Source: Pristiophorus japonicus (taxonomy: Eukaryota). Taken from it: 64,000 bases of DNA. The notes beneath the pieces are model-generated. The model searched no databases. It saw nothing but the letters and a program-made list of their open reading frames with translations, and was not told where the DNA came from. The stretch lies in NCBI RefSeq assembly GCF_044704955.1, contig NC_091991.1, positions 30,132,001-30,196,000 of the forward strand. The letters run 5' to 3'. The first letter of the stretch is position 1; each line of letters opens with the position of its first letter. A program made the translations under genes and the position numbers. Below, piece by piece: positions 1 to 12,110 of the stretch.

Positions 1-65
1 CCAAAGACATCAGCTGGGCTGAGTCACTGACTCTCCTTGATCCAGGAAAATTATGCAGCCTCAGT

Positions 66-393
66 CAGGGAGACGAGAACTAGGGAGCACAGCCTCAAAA
101 TACGGGGGAGCCAATTTAAAACCGAGTTGAGAAGGAATTTCTTCTCCCAGAGGGTTGTGAATCTGTGGAATTCTCTGCCCAAGGAAGCAGTTGAGGCTAG
201 CTCATTGAATGTATTCAAATCACAGATAGATAGATTTTTAACCAATAAGGGAATTAAGGGTTATGGGGAGCGGGCGGGTAAGTGGAGCTGAGTCGACAGC
301 CAGATCAGCCATGATCTTGTTGAATGGCGGAGCAGGCTCGAAGGGCTAGATGGCCTACTCCTGTTCCTAATTCTTATGTTCTTATGTTCTTAT
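66..393 (+). mobile_element. CR1 LINE 3' fragment
   Basis: ORF2 C-terminus RTREHSLKIRGSQFKTELRRNFFSQRVVNLWNSLP, 3' UTR hairpin and (TTCTTATG)n tail. Confidence 0.9.
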
Positions 394-540
394 CTCACAA
401 TTGTGCAGTTGCGTGTCAATTCCTCTTCCATTTCCATTATTCATTATGAAATCTGCTTTATTTTCTGGTCTAGAATTTATAAAATACTGTGTATTCCATT
501 ACAAAGCATAGCGGGATTTTAATTTTTAATTTTTAATTTT

Positions 541-705
541 CCGTGCAGTGAAGGTGCTCCCACAGTGCTGTGACAATGAAGGAAGGGCGACATATGTCTA
601 AGTCGGGATGGTGTGCAACTTGAAGAGGAACTTGGAGGTGGGGGTATTCCCATGCAGCTGCTGCCCTTGTCCTTCAAGGTGTGTCCTTCACAGGGTCAGC
701 TGTGC

Positions 706-738
<33 letters not shown>

Positions 739-1190
739 AGGTTGTTGGTTCAAGTCCCACTCCAGAGCACAAAAAATTTAGGTTGACGCTCCCAGTGTAG
801 TGCTGAGGGAGCACTGCATTGTCGGAGATGCCGTCTTTCGGATGATACATTTAACCGAGATCCCGTCTGCTCTCAAGTGGACGTAAAATATCCTATGGCA
901 CTATTTTGAGGAAGAGCAGGGAGGTTATCCCTGCTGTCCTGGCCAATATTTATTCCTCAATCAACATAACAGAAACCGATTATCACATTGCTGTTTTTGG
1001 GAGCTTGCTGTGTGCAAATTGGCTGCCGCATTTCCCACACTACCACAGTGACTACACTTCAAAAGTATTTCATTAGCTGTAAAGTGCTTTGAGACATCCA
1101 GTGGTTGTGAAAGGCACTATATAAATGCAAGTCTTTCTTTTTTTTCAAGTTGGTGGAGGTTGTGGATTTGGAAGGTGCTGTCGAAGAAGT
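541..1190 (-). mobile_element. Fragment of a second CR1/Jockey-group LINE family, split by a SINE at about 696-1145
   Basis: Reverse complement matches the 3' region of the LINE copies at 26750-27490 and 51505-52885; the sequence resumes after the SINE. Confidence 0.7.
696..1145 (+). mobile_element. tRNA-derived Deu-domain SINE (SacSINE1-like)
   Basis: A/B-box head (CTCAGTGGGTAGCAC...GGTTCAAGTCCC), conserved central domain and L2-like tail AAGGCACTATATAAATGCAAGTCTTT; many near-identical copies in the window. Confidence 0.85.
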
Positions 1191-2369
1191 AAAATTACCT
1201 CAGGGTTATGCGTTTGAGCGGTAAAATAACTTCCTATTGCATTCTCCTGTATGGCTATATTATTCTGCAGCAATGATATAACAGCTTTGTGCAGTGTGAG
1301 CTCATCTCTTCCTTTCAATTCCATTAGTTATTTTAATTTTATTAATGCTTCAGTGTACATTATAAAACTGATATATGTTGGTGATAAGTATTAAATTGTA
1401 ATTTCATCTTGGGAACATATATGCTATATTTATTTATTACCTGGCTTTAAATCAATTTTATTTACCCAAAATTATATTTATCTGTTGCCTTTTTGCATCA
1501 CACACACTTTAAATAGCCTTCATTTTAAGTGAACTATTCAGCGATTATTCAAGTTTTAGAGTGCCATTATACCAAATGAGAGTTATTTTACAATACCTCA
1601 TTCAAGAAGAGCTTTCCCTCTGCTAATAAAGTGTGTGTACTTGAGTTAATGCACAGATTTCAAGTGTGATGCTGTTGTGCGTTTCCATGAGGACTCCAGC
1701 ATTGACAACATTGACTATTATTTGCAAGAGCAAATGGTAGATTTTCCTCTTTTTCATCGAAAGGGTTAATAACTCTCACTTTTGTAGTGTTACCGATTGC
1801 CAATCAAAATGGTGTTTGGCAGGGTTCCTTGCAATTAGCTTCATGCACTATGGTTTTTGAAAGAGGGAACGACACAGCTGTAATAATGTAGCTTTCATAC
1901 TTCTCAAGTGGCTAAAAAAAGCCAATTACCTGCTAAAAATGATGAAAAGTTCTCTCTGTCAGTGGTTTAATGTGCCAAACTTTCGAATCATGTCTCAGCA
2001 TCCAATTTGGAATGCCCAATTTACTGATCTGACCAAGGATGCTCTTATCAGTGGAATCATCAAGAAACAGGATGATATTTGTGGCACATCACAAACGGGC
2101 AATGGAGACAAAAAGCCTGCAGCCTACTGAGAGAAAGTGGATGAAGATTTGGAAGACAATCCACAATTTGGAAAAAGACCAATATGATAAAGAACGAATA
2201 TCAGTGTTCAGTAGCAAAGGATACAGCGATGAAGGGTCACCATTAGGAATGCTAGTTATTAACACGCAGTGAGAAATGAATGAATTTCAGCGCGGCCTAT
2301 CCCTCTGACTAAATATGAAAATGAAAGACACAATAGGAGGTATAGAGAACAAAAATATGGAAGTTATAA

Positions 2370-3057
2370 TAAGAACATAAGAAATAAGAAATAGGGGCAG
2401 GAGCAGGCCATATGGCCCCTCGAGCCTGCTCCGCCATTCAATAAGATCATGGCTGATCCGATCATGGACTCAGCTCCACTTCCCTGCCCGCTCCCCATAA
2501 CCCCTTATTCCCTTATCGTTTAAAAAACTGTCTATTTCTGTTTTAAATTTATTCAATGTTCCAGCTTCCACAGCTCTCTAAGGCAGCGAATTCCACAGAT
2601 TTACAACCCTCTGAGAGAAGAAATTCCTCCTCATCTCAGTTTTAAATGGGTGGCCCCTTATTCTAAGATTATGCCCCCTAGTTCTAGTCTCCCCCATCAG
2701 TGGAAACATCCTCTCTGCATCCACCTTGTCAAGCCCCCTCATAATTTTATATGTTTCGATAAGATCACCTCTCATTCTTCTGAATTCCAATGAGTAGAGG
2801 CCCAACCTACTCAACCTTTCCTCATAAGTCAACTCCCTCATCCCCGGAACCAACCTAGTGAACCTTCTCTGAACTGCCTCCAAAGCAAGTATATCCTTTC
2901 TTAAATATGGAAACCAAAACTGCACGCAGTATTCCAGGTGTGGCCTCACCAATACCTTATATAGCTGTAGCAAGACTTCCCTGCTTTTATACTCCATCCT
3001 CTTTGCAATATAGGCCAAGATGCCATTGGCCTTCCTGATCATTTGCTGTACCTGCAT
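2370..3057 (-). mobile_element. CR1 LINE, 5'-truncated
   Basis: ORF 2578-3057 (LYKVLVRPHLEYCVQFW...RRNFFSQRVVNLWNSLP) plus CR1 3' UTR and tail. Confidence 0.92.
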
Positions 3058-3120
3058 AATAGGAGCAGGAGTAGGCTATACAGCCCCTCGAGCCTGCTCC
3101 ACCATTTAATATGACCATGA

Positions 3121-3645
3121 ACCTGTATAAAACACTGGTTCGGCCTCAATTCTGGGCACCGCACTTTAGGAAGGATATGAAGGCCTTAGAGAGGGTGCAG
3201 GGATGAGGGACTTCAGTTATGTGGATAGACTGGAGAAGCTGGGATTGTTCTCCTTAGAGCAAAGAAGGTTGAGAGGAGACTTGATAGAGCTGTTCAAAAT
3301 CATGAGGGGTATGGACAGAGTAGATGGAGTGAAACTGTTCCCATTGGCAGAAGGGTCAAGAACCAGAGCACACAGATTTAAGGTGATTGGCAGAAGAACC
3401 AAAGGCGACATAAGAAAAAACTTTTTTACGCAGCAAGCGGTTAGGATCTGGAATGCACTGCCTGAAAGGGTGGTGGAGGCTTTCAAATGGGATTTGGATA
3501 AATACCTGAAAGAAAAAAATTTGCAGGGCTACGGGGAAAAGGCAGGGGAGTGGGACTGGCTGAGGTGCTCTTGCAGAGAGCCAGCACGGGCTCAACAGGT
3601 CGAATGGCCTCCTTCCGTGCTGTAACCATTCTATGATTCGATGAT
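3121..3645 (+). mobile_element. CR1 LINE 3' fragment (second subfamily), preceded by a minus-strand CR1 tail at about 3058-3120
   Basis: ORF 3203-3625 (LGLFSLEQRRLRGDLIE...IWNALP); tail CATTCTATGATTC. Confidence 0.88.
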
Positions 3646-4099
3646 AACGACTAATTTTTCAAGGCCAAGCTCCTGGTGCGAAATTTCACTAGTTAGAACG
3701 TAGGTTGCAGAATCCGTCTTATACATGCGTATCAGAGGAAATCACAGATTCAGAGTAGGCCTTCTGTATCCCATGCAACTCGCTAGTTGGTTGAGCAGCA
3801 AAGCACTAATGATATTCCTTCAGGTTTTGGGGGACACTTAGAAGTCAGCCATTTACGTCAGGTCACACAGACGTCCTGACTCAAAAGGGGTAAGAGCATC
3901 GGAAAAACACTGTGCACTGAGAGTGGAGCCTTGCAAAATGATTCCTGTATGTAAATGTAGCTAAAAGTGCTCATTCTTATCCAGAGAAATGAATCAATTT
4001 CAATTTGCCAAATCGCCCTTTCTATATTCCTACATTACAACAGTGACTACACTTCAAACTTCATTGGGATATGCTCAAAATTGATGGTAGATATACAAA

Positions 4100-4612
4100 T
4101 AAGAACATAAGAATTAGGAGCAAGAGTAGATCATGCGGCCCCTCAATCTTGTTCAATAAGATCATGACTGATCTTCGACCTCAACTCCACTTGCCCGCCC
4201 ATTCCCTATAACCCTTAATTCTTCGAGAGACCACAAATCTATCAATCTCAGCCTTGAATATACTCAACGACTGAGATCTACAGCACTTTGGGGCACAGAA
4301 TTGCAAAGATTCACCACCCTCTGAATGAAGAAATTCCTCTTCATCTCAGTCTTAAAAGGCTGGCCCCTTATCCTGAGACCATGACTCCTAGTTCTAGACT
4401 CTCCAGCCAGGGGAAACATCCTCTCAGCATCTAACCTGTCAATCCCCCTCAGAGTCTTATATGTTTCAATGAGATCACCTCTCATTCTTCTAAACTCCAG
4501 AGAGTATTGGCCTAATCTACTCAATCTCTCCTCATAGGACAACCCTCTCATCCCAGGGATCAATCTAGTCAACCTTCGTTGCATCACCTCTAAGGCAAGT
4601 ATATATAAGGGT
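4100..4612 (-). mobile_element. CR1 LINE 3' fragment
   Basis: ORF 4264-4587 encodes the CR1 ORF2 C-terminus; tail present. Confidence 0.88.
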
Positions 4613-4616
4613 CATC

Positions 4617-4690
4617 GACCCGAAACGTTAACTCTGTTTCTCTCTCCACAGATGCTGCCTGACCTGTTGAGATTTCCAGCATATTCTGTA
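4617..4690 (+). repeat. Short repeat resembling the end of a Penelope-like element (partial hammerhead-type motif)
   Basis: AAGGGTCATCGACCCGAAACGTTAACTCTGTTTCTCTCTCCACAGATGCTGCC; degenerate relatives at about 5495-5575 and 26237-26325. Confidence 0.45.
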
Positions 4691-5029
4691 TATATAACTA
4701 CAAATGTAGAAAAGCTGTTGCTGCTTCTGCTGCTGTTGCTGGTTATTGCTGAAGTATCTCTAAGTAATTGCTTGGTAGAAGCAGGCCTTGAATTACCTTC
4801 CTAATGCAGTACTGGATAGTATATCATCCGATTACTGTGATAACACCTGTGTCTCACTGAAGAGCCCTTGAGCATAAAAATGAGGGCAATGTAGGTGTTC
4901 ACCATGCCTGACAACTGGTGTTAGGACCCTGATTTGCGTATGCATGCCTAACACCTGTTTCAGCTTCGAATTTGGCACACTTCCAGGGCTGATTAGGCAT
5001 GGGTGATCACAATCTGAGATAAGGAAGAA

Positions 5030-5465
5030 AGGAAGAAAATCAAACATCCAAAGCACTTTACAGCCACTGAAGTACCTTTGGAGTGTAGTCACTGTTGTAA
5101 TGTGGGAAACGCAGCAGCCAATTTATACACAGCAAGCTCCCACAAACAGCAATGTGATAATGACCAGATAATGTGTTTTTGTCATGTTAATTAAGGGATA
5201 AATATTGATCAGGACACCGGGGATAGCTTCCCTGCTCTTCTTCGCAATAGTGCCATGGGATTTTTTACATCCACCTGAGAGAGTAGACGGGACCTCGGTT
5301 TAACATCTCATCTGAAAGACGGCACCTCTGACAGTGCATCACTCCCTCAGCCCTGCACTGGAGTATCAGCCTAGATTTTTTGTGCCCAAGTCCCTGTAAT
5401 GGGACTAGAACCCACAAACTTCTAACCCAAAGCAAGCGGTGCTATCCACTAAGCCACAAATGACA
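5030..5465 (-). mobile_element. SacSINE1-like SINE
   Basis: Reverse complement of the SINE at 696-1145. Confidence 0.85.
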
Positions 5466-6649
5466 ACAGGCACAGCAATATCAAATTTCTTCCCCAAGGT
5501 TTCGACCCTGAACTTTAACCTGCTCTTTCTCTTTTCAGTTGATGGCAAACCCGCTGTGTATTTTCTGTTTGTATTAAAGATATATCAACAGAGCTGGCTG
5601 CAGAGATACATGCACAGATCAATAAAAATAGAGTTAGCGATAGAGACAGAGTTAGCAACAATAATAGTACGTCCTAAATGCTCGTTACCGCCCAATATTA
5701 TCGTCCCAAAAGGTGGCTTAACTGCATTCCTTTCTCTTTCATTTATGTCTAGCCCGGCAGCTGAAACGAATACTATACTCCAAGGTTGCCTCTGCAATAC
5801 ATTCAACAAGACACACTGCCAATAAAGAATGATAGATTTGGGTAAATTGTTTGGATAAATGGATTGATGAAGGTCACATTCTAGTTGTCTGTCTTAATCT
5901 GAAGACCGTAAGTTGCACAGCTCGAATTGTTTGATATCGTAACCTGCATGGCGCCTACCTTTTAAAGTGCTGCTGGCAACAGAGGTCAACCCGTTGTTCA
6001 TTTTTTAAAAACAGGGGAATTTGGGCCTGCATTGAAAGCAAAAAAGGGCCACTGCAGTGAATAACAATATATTTAATCAGCAGCAGCAACACTGAAATGT
6101 TCTTCAAATAAGGGTTTAAAGAGCATAATTTAAAAAGCATTTTGTTAAGTGTAATTGGATGTTCTTTCAAATATGATGGCAAATTAAAAGCACAATTCAC
6201 ACTGTAATAGTGGAATTGCCACTGAGGAGCAAGCAGACTCTCCGACAATACATGTAACAGAATGCATTTAAAGCTCTGTGGGACACATGATTATTAGACC
6301 CGCTTGGTGACTGGGATTTAAATTATTCATAAACTCTAATTCCTTTTGCAGACAAATTGCTTGGTGCACAGAGGCAACAAAAAGACTGTTAATTCAGAAT
6401 ATTAAAGGGGACCGCATTCTATTGAAATAATAACCACGGTTTCTGTGGCTAAGAGGCACAGTGCAGGACCTCGCTGAGTTCGAGAAGATTAAAACAGAAG
6501 ATGATGTCAGCCAAAGAGTGGTGAGTAAATTATGTCAAACTTGGGGTTTTTAAAAGACGGAAAGATTGTAAAAGGAAGGAGGGAGGTAAGCAGCATGTCA
6601 GTTTTGAGGGCCAGGGAGGGATAGGAGTAGGAGACTGCGTGATGAATCT

Positions 6650-6872
6650 TTGATTTCAACACAATGAGGAATTCTTTGGAATTCTCTACCCCAGAGAGCT
6701 GTGGATGCTCAGTCGTTGAGTATATTCAAGGCTGAGATTGATTGATTTTTGGACTCTAGGGGAATCAAGGGATATGGAGATCGAGTGGGAAAGTAGAGTT
6801 GAGGTCGAAGAACAGTCATGAACTACCTTCGAGGGCCCATAACTCCTGTTCCTAATTTTTACATTTCTTATG
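6650..6872 (+). mobile_element. CR1 3' fragment (degenerate)
   Basis: TGGAATTCTCTACCCCAGAGAGCTGTGG...CCTGTTCCTAATT tail. Confidence 0.75.
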
Positions 6873-7062
6873 TAGAGAGGAGGAATATAGGGGAGATCAT
6901 ATATGGAGCTCAGAAGGAACAAGGGAAGAAATTTCAGAGACACAATTGCCACAGTACTTTTGATGAAGTAGCAAAAGTTAAGGAATAGTGTAATGGAGAG
7001 CCAGGCATTGAAGCTAACAGACTGAGTATCTGTTGGAACAAGCTTTTTCCTGTATCCACTCC

Positions 7063-7229
7063 AGGGGGTTGATTTTGACTTTATGCAACGATGCAAAACC
7101 GGTGATAGTGAGTCGGTAGCCTGTTTCACACCTCTCCCGTTGACTTTAATGGAAATGAAAATGGGGAGAGATGTAAAGCGGGCTGCCAATTTGCTATCGC
7201 CCATTTTATACTCTGTCAGAATCCACTCT
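7063..7229. mobile_element. Short palindromic MITE-like element (possibly Harbinger-derived)
   Basis: Imperfect terminal inverted repeats GGGGTTGATTTTGAC/GTCAGAATCCACTC and internal dyad symmetry; related fragments at about 51312-51392 and 58017-58128. Confidence 0.5.
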
Positions 7230-7534
7230 TGGGAGTGTGAGAGATGCTGGAAGAGCATTGCCAGAAATGGGGGCAGTACTCGAGTCTTGGATGGACTTGG
7301 TCTTCCTTTAAGGAGCATGCCATCATTGGATCTTACTTACTCACCAAGATATTTGCTGGGAATTTTCTCAGAGCTTTTCCCACTCTCTGTAACTTCAGAA
7401 ACCCATTTCAAGTGCTTGAATTTTGTTGATCGTGACGCCGCTCTACAATATTCAGCAACATTGCTACTACTGAAAAGGAAATTCAATCACCCGCACTTCT
7501 GCCAGCAGAACAGGCCACAAGCCAAAGATGAACA

Positions 7535-7690
7535 AACATAGAAACATAGAAACATAGAAAATAGGTGCAGGAGTAGGCCATTCGGCCCTTCTAGCCTGCA
7601 CCGCCATTCAATGAGTTCATGGCTGAACATTCAACTTCAGTACCCCATTCCTGCTTTCTCGCCATACCCCTTGATCCCCCTAGTAGTAAG
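7535..7690 (-). mobile_element. CR1 3' tail, (TTTCTATG)n subfamily
   Basis: CATAGAAACATAGAAA...GGTGCAGGAGTAGGCC; same subfamily as the CR1 ending at 50895. Confidence 0.85.
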
Positions 7691-7857
7691 GATAGAAAAA
7701 ATTGGTACACTTTGCCCAAAAATGTCTACCTCATTGTGTATATCTTGAACAGTTTATTCTTGTTCATAGACATCTTGTCTTAACATTGTGTTTTTCTTTA
7801 TGTAGCCAAGTGTTTCAAGTAATTTTCATGTGCATATTCTTTTTTCTATCTGCTTTC

Positions 7858-8180
7858 ACAGGATGTGCATTCCTGGCAAGGCCAGCATTTATTGCCCGTC
7901 TCTAATTGCCCTTGGGAAACTGGTGGTGAACCACCGTTTCAGAGGGAAGTTAAGAATCAGCCACGTAAGGTAAGGGCAGCAGATTTTCCTTTCCTAAAGG
8001 ACATTAGTGAACCAGATGGGTTTTTACAACAATCCCATAGTTCCATGGTCACAATTACTAATTAATTTTATTGAAGATTTATTTAATTAACCAAATTTAA
8101 ATTTCCCAGCTGCTGTGGTGGGATTTGAACTCACCAGGCCTCCTGGATTACTTGTCTGGTAACATAACCACGATGCTACA
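7858..8180 (-). mobile_element. tRNA-derived SINE whose 3' tail is shared with the second LINE family
   Basis: Minus-strand head GTGGTTATGTTACC...GAGTTCAAATCCCACC; 3' end GGGCAATAAATGCTGGCCTTGCCAG matches the LINE ends near 27430-27460 and 52830-52855. Confidence 0.65.
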
Positions 8181-8234
8181 AAGATGTCGACCTTGCCCCA
8201 GATTATAGGGATGAAGAAAGAGGAAAGAACGACC

Positions 8235-8570
8235 CAGTTATACAGCACCTTTCATGACCTCAGGATGTTCCAAAGCGCTTTACAGCCAATGAAGTACTTT
8301 TGAAGTGTAGTCACTGTTGTAATGTAACAAGCGCTGCAGCCAATTTGCGCACAGCAAGCTCCCACAAACAGCAATGTAACAATGAGCAGATAATCTGTTT
8401 AAGTGATGTTGATTGATGGATAAATATTGGCCAGGACACCGGGGAGAACTCCCCTGTTATTCTTCGAAATAGTGGCGTGAGAATTTTGTTAAGTCCACCT
8501 AAGAGAGCAGACAGGGCCTCGGTTTAATGCCTCATCTGAAAGACGACACCTCCAACAGCGCAGTCGTTAG
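8235..8570 (-). mobile_element. SacSINE1-like SINE (5' part missing)
   Basis: Reverse-complement match to the other copies. Confidence 0.8.
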
Positions 8571-9003
8571 CATAGTCAGACTGGGCCACCAGTGCCAGCA
8601 ATGGTGCTGTAGGGGCGCCCACACCCATGCGCACTTATAAAGCCGGAAGGTCCATGGGCACTCTGCCAAAGATGGACCGAGGCCTTTCCCAACCGAAGAC
8701 AAAGCTGAGTTAAAACACCATGAGCTCCTAAAGGATTGATCATCTTTGACTGTGTCTTCCGAAGAACTCTTCCAGCTTTCAGCTCACATCTGGCAGGAGT
8801 CCAACGGAGTCCCACCAAGGGCAGAAATGGGTATAATTCCTGGAAAGGCCCAGGAACTTCCTTAGCCACAACCCCATTGGCGCAATGAGGAGTGAATTCC
8901 AGCAAAACTGGGCCCGCCCTATTTTCCGGGCGCCATTTATGCAACGGCCCTGAAGAGAATTTCAGGGCCTCAGTGTGAATTAATTCCTGAATCCCATTTC
9001 GTG

Positions 9004-9473
9004 CCAGCTGTGGCTCAGTAGGTAGCGCACTCACCTCTGATTCAGAAGGTTGTGTTCGAGTCCCATGCCAGGAACATGAGCACATAAATCTAGTCTGATA
9101 CTCCCAGTGCAGTGTTGAGGGAGCGCTGCACTATCAGAGATGCCGTCTTTCAGATGAGATGTTAAACCGAGGCCCCGTCTGACCTCTCAGGTGGATGTAA
9201 AAGATCCCATGGCACTATTTCGAAGAAGAGCAGGGGTATTATCCCCGGTGTCCTGGCCAATATTTAGCCCTCAATCAACATAACAAAAACAGATTATCTG
9301 ATCATTATCACATTGCTGTTTGTGGGAGCTTGCTGTGTGCACATTGGCTGCCACATTTCCCACTTTACAACAGTGACTACATTCCAAAAGTACTTCATTG
9401 TGTGTAAAGTGTTTTGAGATGTCTGATGGTATTGAAAGGCACTATATAAATGCAAGTCTTATTTATTTATTTT
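9004..9473 (+). mobile_element. SacSINE1-like SINE, full length
   Basis: Head GCTGTGGCTCAGTAGGTAGC, central domain and tail. Confidence 0.88.
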
Positions 9474-10153
9474 TGAAGTGTTGTTCGACCACACATTCAG
9501 TACTTCCCCTGTTCACAACACCTCTACTTAATGATTTCTAGATGAACAGATTGCATTTGATTTTCAAGATTTTTCTCAGCTTTGTAATATTAAAAAGGCT
9601 GTTATTATGTACGCAACTCAAAAGCAGGCATTTAACACTGCCGTATTTAATACTGCCTCGTTTGAAACTGCAGTATCCCAATCAGGTGTCCCCCGCATAC
9701 TCCCGCTCTGCCGGAACCATTCAATATTTTAACATTTGCACAGTATACCTACAACAATCATTATTTTCTCCCTCAGAAAGACATAAAATATTGGCTTTTC
9801 CTCAGCTGAAAGATTGCTCCAACTCCCAATGGTGCATAAGTGAGGATGCCTTTTCACCACAAAATGCACTGAAATGTTGATTGAGCCTGTAGGAGTTTAT
9901 TTAGAAGGCAGAGACTACAAAAATCCACCATCCATTTTATTTTCCTCAACTGAATAAATATTGTTTTTTACTGTAGAGTAAATTCTGCTCCGAGAATATA
10001 TTGTAATTAAACACCAGCAGTACTTTACGGTCAGCAGCATTTGCAACAATCTGCTATGCTCAGCGATTCCCTAACTTCTTGTGCCAAGTCAAGTGATGAA
10101 CAGCTCCATTATATTTATTTGGCAGCTATAAAATACGAGAGAATTTACGTTAC

Positions 10154-10245
10154 CTCTTCTTCAGGTTTCTGTAGGATTCTTATGTTCATTAGCCGCTCTC
10201 CATAGAATTCTCTCCCGGACAGAAGGTGGAAGCACCGTGGTGCAT
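10154..10245 (-). other. Candidate host-gene exon (92 nt), unidentified
   Basis: Polypyrimidine acceptor TTTTTATTCTCCCCGCAG and donor GAG|GTAACG in non-repeat DNA; one open frame (xAPRCFHLLSGREFYGERLMNIRILQKPEEE). Confidence 0.35.
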
Positions 10246-10344
10246 CTGCGGGGAGAATAAAAATAAATTCAGAGCGTGTTCAATTCCGGCCCACTTTTGT
10301 TTTCCCCGGGTAATCCGGAGAATACGGAAAATGCAAGCGATTTG

Positions 10345-10670
10345 AGTCCTTGAGGCGAATAGTACAGCTGCATTTAAGGGGAGGCTGGATAAGCATATGA
10401 GGGAGAAGGGAATAGAGGGAAATGCTGATAGAGTTCATAGAGTCAAAGAAATTTACAGCATAGAAGTAGGCCATTTCAACCCATGGTGTCCGCACTGGCC
10501 GACCAAGAGCTATCCAGCCTAATCCCACTTCCAGCTCTTGGTCCGGAAAGATGAGCAGTTAGATGAGGAAGGATGGGAGGAGGCTCAAGTGGGGCATAAA
10601 TGCCAGCATGGACTGGTGGGGCCGAATGGCCTGTTTCTGTGCTGTATATCCCATATCATTCTGTGTAACT
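10345..10670 (+). mobile_element. CR1 3' fragment with a nested opposite-strand CR1 tail (about 10436-10545)
   Basis: The CR1 3' UTR is interrupted by CATAGAGTCAAAGAAATTTACAGC...GGTCCG and resumes at AGATGAGGAAGG. Confidence 0.75.
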
Positions 10671-10849
10671 CTAGATTGAACTCAGCTCTTTCTTTGGCCT
10701 GCTTGAAATGTTCTACTTTCTAGTCTTTACAAAACCTCCATAGGTGTGAATGAGTAAATAATGTCTCCTTACTATCAGTGGAAGATATGATGTCTATCCA
10801 GACTGCTAGGTTTTACTGTTTAGTCTCTGCTGGATGTTGTGTTAAAGAT

Positions 10850-11188
10850 GTTTCCACGTGTGAGGGAGTTGAGACCAAAACTAGGGGCCATAAAGGTAAG
10901 ATAGTCACTAATAAATCCAATAGGCAATTCAGGAGAAACTTCTTTAGCCAGAGAGTGGTGAGAATGTGGAACTCGCTAGCACAGGGAGTAGTTGAGGTGA
11001 ATATAGCATGGAGACATTCAAGGGGAAAGCGAGATAAACACATGAGGGAGAAAGGAATAGAAGCATATGCTGATAGGGTGAGATGAAGTCGGGTGGGAGG
11101 AGGCTCACGTGGAGCATAAACATCGGTATGGACCCGTTGGGCCAAATGGTCTGTTTCTATGCTGTACATTCTATGTAATACTATGTAA
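10850..11188 (+). mobile_element. CR1 3' fragment
   Basis: KTRGHKGKIVTNKSNRQFRRNFFSQRVVRMWNSL; (TATGTAA)-type tail. Confidence 0.85.
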
Positions 11189-11634
11189 TTACATTACACC
11201 ACAAGGTAAAAATTTAGTTACTGACTGCTTTGTAAAGAGACCAGATATCTGCTGGTATTTTTCTCTTGCCATTTGATTCAGTTCCTCTATGAACTTTTGA
11301 AAGTATTGATTTTTCCACGATCTGGGAGTCAATTTTTGATTTTGATCAATTTCGTAAGTCCAAAAATCAACCAACCATCAATTTCTGTGCACATGAGCAG
11401 CAGAAGAACTGTTAGTGACAGCACAGGTGAGTATCTACCGGGCAAAGTGATCAAGACAGAGATTCAAATAATATACTACTGATAATTCAGGGTTGCTTTT
11501 TGCATGAACACTTTTTGAATTATCCAATCATTTGAATTATGCAACATAAATAACAAAGCATGTTCATGCTTTTGAAAACAGAATTCTGGAGGATGAGCAG
11601 TTACGTATGATTTACATTTTAGTGCTTAAAATGT

Positions 11635-12110
11635 CGGCCAGTCGCTCAGTGGGTAGCATCCTCGCCTCTGAGTCAGAAGGTTGGGGGTTCAAGTCCCACT
11701 CCAGAGACTTGAGCACTAACAAAAATCTAGGCTGACACACCAGTGCAGTGCTGAGGGAGTGCTGCAAGTTGGAGGTGCCGTCTTTCAGATGAGACGTTAT
11801 ACCTAGGTCCCGTCTGCCCTCTCAGGTGGATGTAAAAGATCCCACGGCAATATTTCGAAGAAGAGCAGCGGAGTTATCCCCGTGTCCTGGCCAATATTTA
11901 TCCCTCAATCAACATAACAGAAACAGATTATCTGGTCATTATCACATTGCTGTTTGTGGGAGCTAGCTGTGTGCAAATTGGCTGCCGCATTTCCCACATT
12001 ATAACAGTGACCACACTCCAAAAGTACTTCATTTGCTGTAAAGCACTTTGGGACATCCAGTGGTCGTGAAAGGTGCTATATAAATGCAAGTCTTATTTTA
12101 TTATTTATTT
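11635..12110 (+). mobile_element. SacSINE1-like SINE, full length
   Basis: Match to the other copies. Confidence 0.88.

Noticed and set aside
696-770. tRNA-like A/B-box sequences (also in the other SINE heads)
   Set aside because: These are SINE heads followed by SINE body, not tRNA genes
1939-2272. Short ORFs in unique sequence
   Set aside because: No recognisable motif or splice context
6686-7541. 210-aa and 152-aa ORFs
   Set aside because: They run through a MITE-like element (and, for the 210-aa ORF, a CR1 remnant) with no recognisable domain
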